Origin: Negaprion brevirostris
Taxonomy: Eukaryota
Length of the DNA stretch: 64,000 nucleotides
Direction of reading: 5' to 3'
NCBI GenBank assembly: GCA_030324005.1
Contig: JARDVH010000130.1
Coordinates: 8,343,924 to 8,407,923, forward strand
Positions 62,405 to 64,000 of the stretch are shown here, piece after piece. The position numbers and the translations under genes were made by a program. The notes beneath the pieces were generated by a model, which did not search any database, was not told the origin of the DNA, and was given only the letters and a program-made list of their open reading frames with translations. The stretch's first letter is position 1; every line of letters starts with the position of its first letter.

Positions 62405-64000
62405 CTGTAAATTAACAGAACATTGCTTCAACCATTTTACATTAATTGATTTAGAAACAGAAATTCTAACAACTCCCTCAAAATTATAAATTGCTTTCAG
62501 AATGTTTTCATATGGCCAACTTGACGTACCAACAACGATGACACAGTAAATAAAGTTAAGTAAGGAGCTGAGGATTCATCATAGGTAATACTACCGAGGA
62601 AAAGAATGGAAAGGGGGAAAAAAAAGTGCAAAAATAAACCAATACCAGTTCTGTTGAAAGGTCGTTGACCTGGAATATTAACTCTTTCTCTTAGCACAGA
62701 TGTACCTGTTCTACTGATAGCTTTAAGCATTTTCTGTTTTTATTTTAATATACGAGTTAGCACAATATACCAACCACAAAACAAATCTAGTCCACAGCAA
62801 AGCATCAGGTCTGGGCCATAAACAACCATTTTACTCTTACTGGGCCATGACCCAAAACAAATTACATCTTCAGTATATCCATAACTAATTCCTAAACATT
62901 TTAGTTCTTACTGAAGAGAAATATGTAATGTGGATAGGTAATACAATTCAACTTAGATACATACAAGATATCATAATCAGAAAAACTCCGACGTTGGAAC
63001 TAAGAGAAAACGTTCCTTGTCGAATGCAATACCAACAACATTTCAAATCACAAACTGCATTGGAAACATGCAATAACAGAATGTTAATGATATGTGAAAG
63101 CAGAAATAAGNNNNNNNNNNNNNNNNNNNNNNNNNNNNGGCATAGATACACATTTGTTTACTATCCTGGGAAATACTGCACAGACATTACCCTGACTAAA
63201 GGATACCTTTACCTTTATGAAATGCAGCTGATTGGAGTTATGAGGTTGTTGTCTTGCCAAACTTATAGCATGATCAAATATAAATGACTCTTCCTCTGTG
63301 CAGTCAATCCACCCTGCTGCTTCAAAAATGCACAGCACTCTTCCCATGGTGAAACAGATAAACAATTTCATGGAGTGGATTTTTGTTAACAATAGTTTTG
63401 AGACTGCAGCATGCTTCCAACTTCTGGACACAAAGTGGTCTGCCTGAACCATTCACCCCAATGTTTTACAAACTCGAGGGAGATTTGCATATAAGCAGAG
63501 ATTCCATGGAAGTTGGTCGTCATTCTCTCAGGAACCAGACTGCAATGTATGAGGGATTTCAGATAATACTCAATCTCAGGCACAAGTCTCCTTTTGCTCC
63601 TTGGCCTTATTTTTAAGGTAAATTTGACACAATTTTATTCCCATGTTTGTATTGGATAGTGGGGCAAGTGGCACTGACAGCAACATACACCAACACAAAA
63701 AGTGAAAGAATAGCAATTTTTTCCTTTCGGTGACAGCTAACAACAACAAGGCACAAATTAATCCAAGGAACAAATACATTCTAATTTTCTAATACATGGC
63801 AGATCACAGTAATTGAACAAATGCAATAGACAAACTATGTTGTATGTACTGCCTAAAGGAAGAAATACTCCATTGTTGGCTATTTTTGGACTTGGACTGT
63901 GCTGGTAACAGACAGTTCAATTAAATGCAGGCACCACCATGCACAAATGTGCTCTGTTCTATTGTAGTATTCTTTGTTTGCAAACAGAGGACATCATTTG

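Noticed and set aside
62405-64000. Next upstream PLEKHA5 exon (expected LEQW-containing exon)
   Set aside because: No matching frame is visible; it probably lies beyond the window.
1-64000. CRISPR arrays, operons or prokaryotic/viral insertions
   Set aside because: There is no regularly spaced repeat-spacer array and no long intronless non-TE ORF; everything fits vertebrate intron-exon DNA.

Overview
Eukaryotic, AT-rich, repeat-dense genomic DNA with several N gaps. The repeat set (HE1/V-SINE-like SINEs, Deu-domain SINE, CR1 and Penelope remnants) points to a cartilaginous fish, probably a shark. The window lies inside the 3' part of one minus-strand gene that I recognise as PLEKHA5 (PEPP2). 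I reconstructed 19 coding exons from 62404 down to the stop at 2237. They total 2554 nt (1 nt + 850 codons + stop), phases agree at every junction, and the protein ends ...TEGSHFMCV*. The WW/PH-domain 5' exons lie beyond 64000. The introns are filled with decayed, often nested transposable elements, and most ORF-track entries are noise or TE remnants. I found no convincing wholly new system. The best leads are: a GC/GT tandem donor with a candidate alternative terminal exon that could switch the C-terminus; a chain of phase-compatible cryptic exons in the 16-kb intron; a candidate 12-nt microexon; a local templated duplication captured inside a SINE; and Penelope-derived fold-backs with decayed hammerhead cores. 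Repeat boundaries are approximate and family names come from recalled consensus motifs, not database searches.
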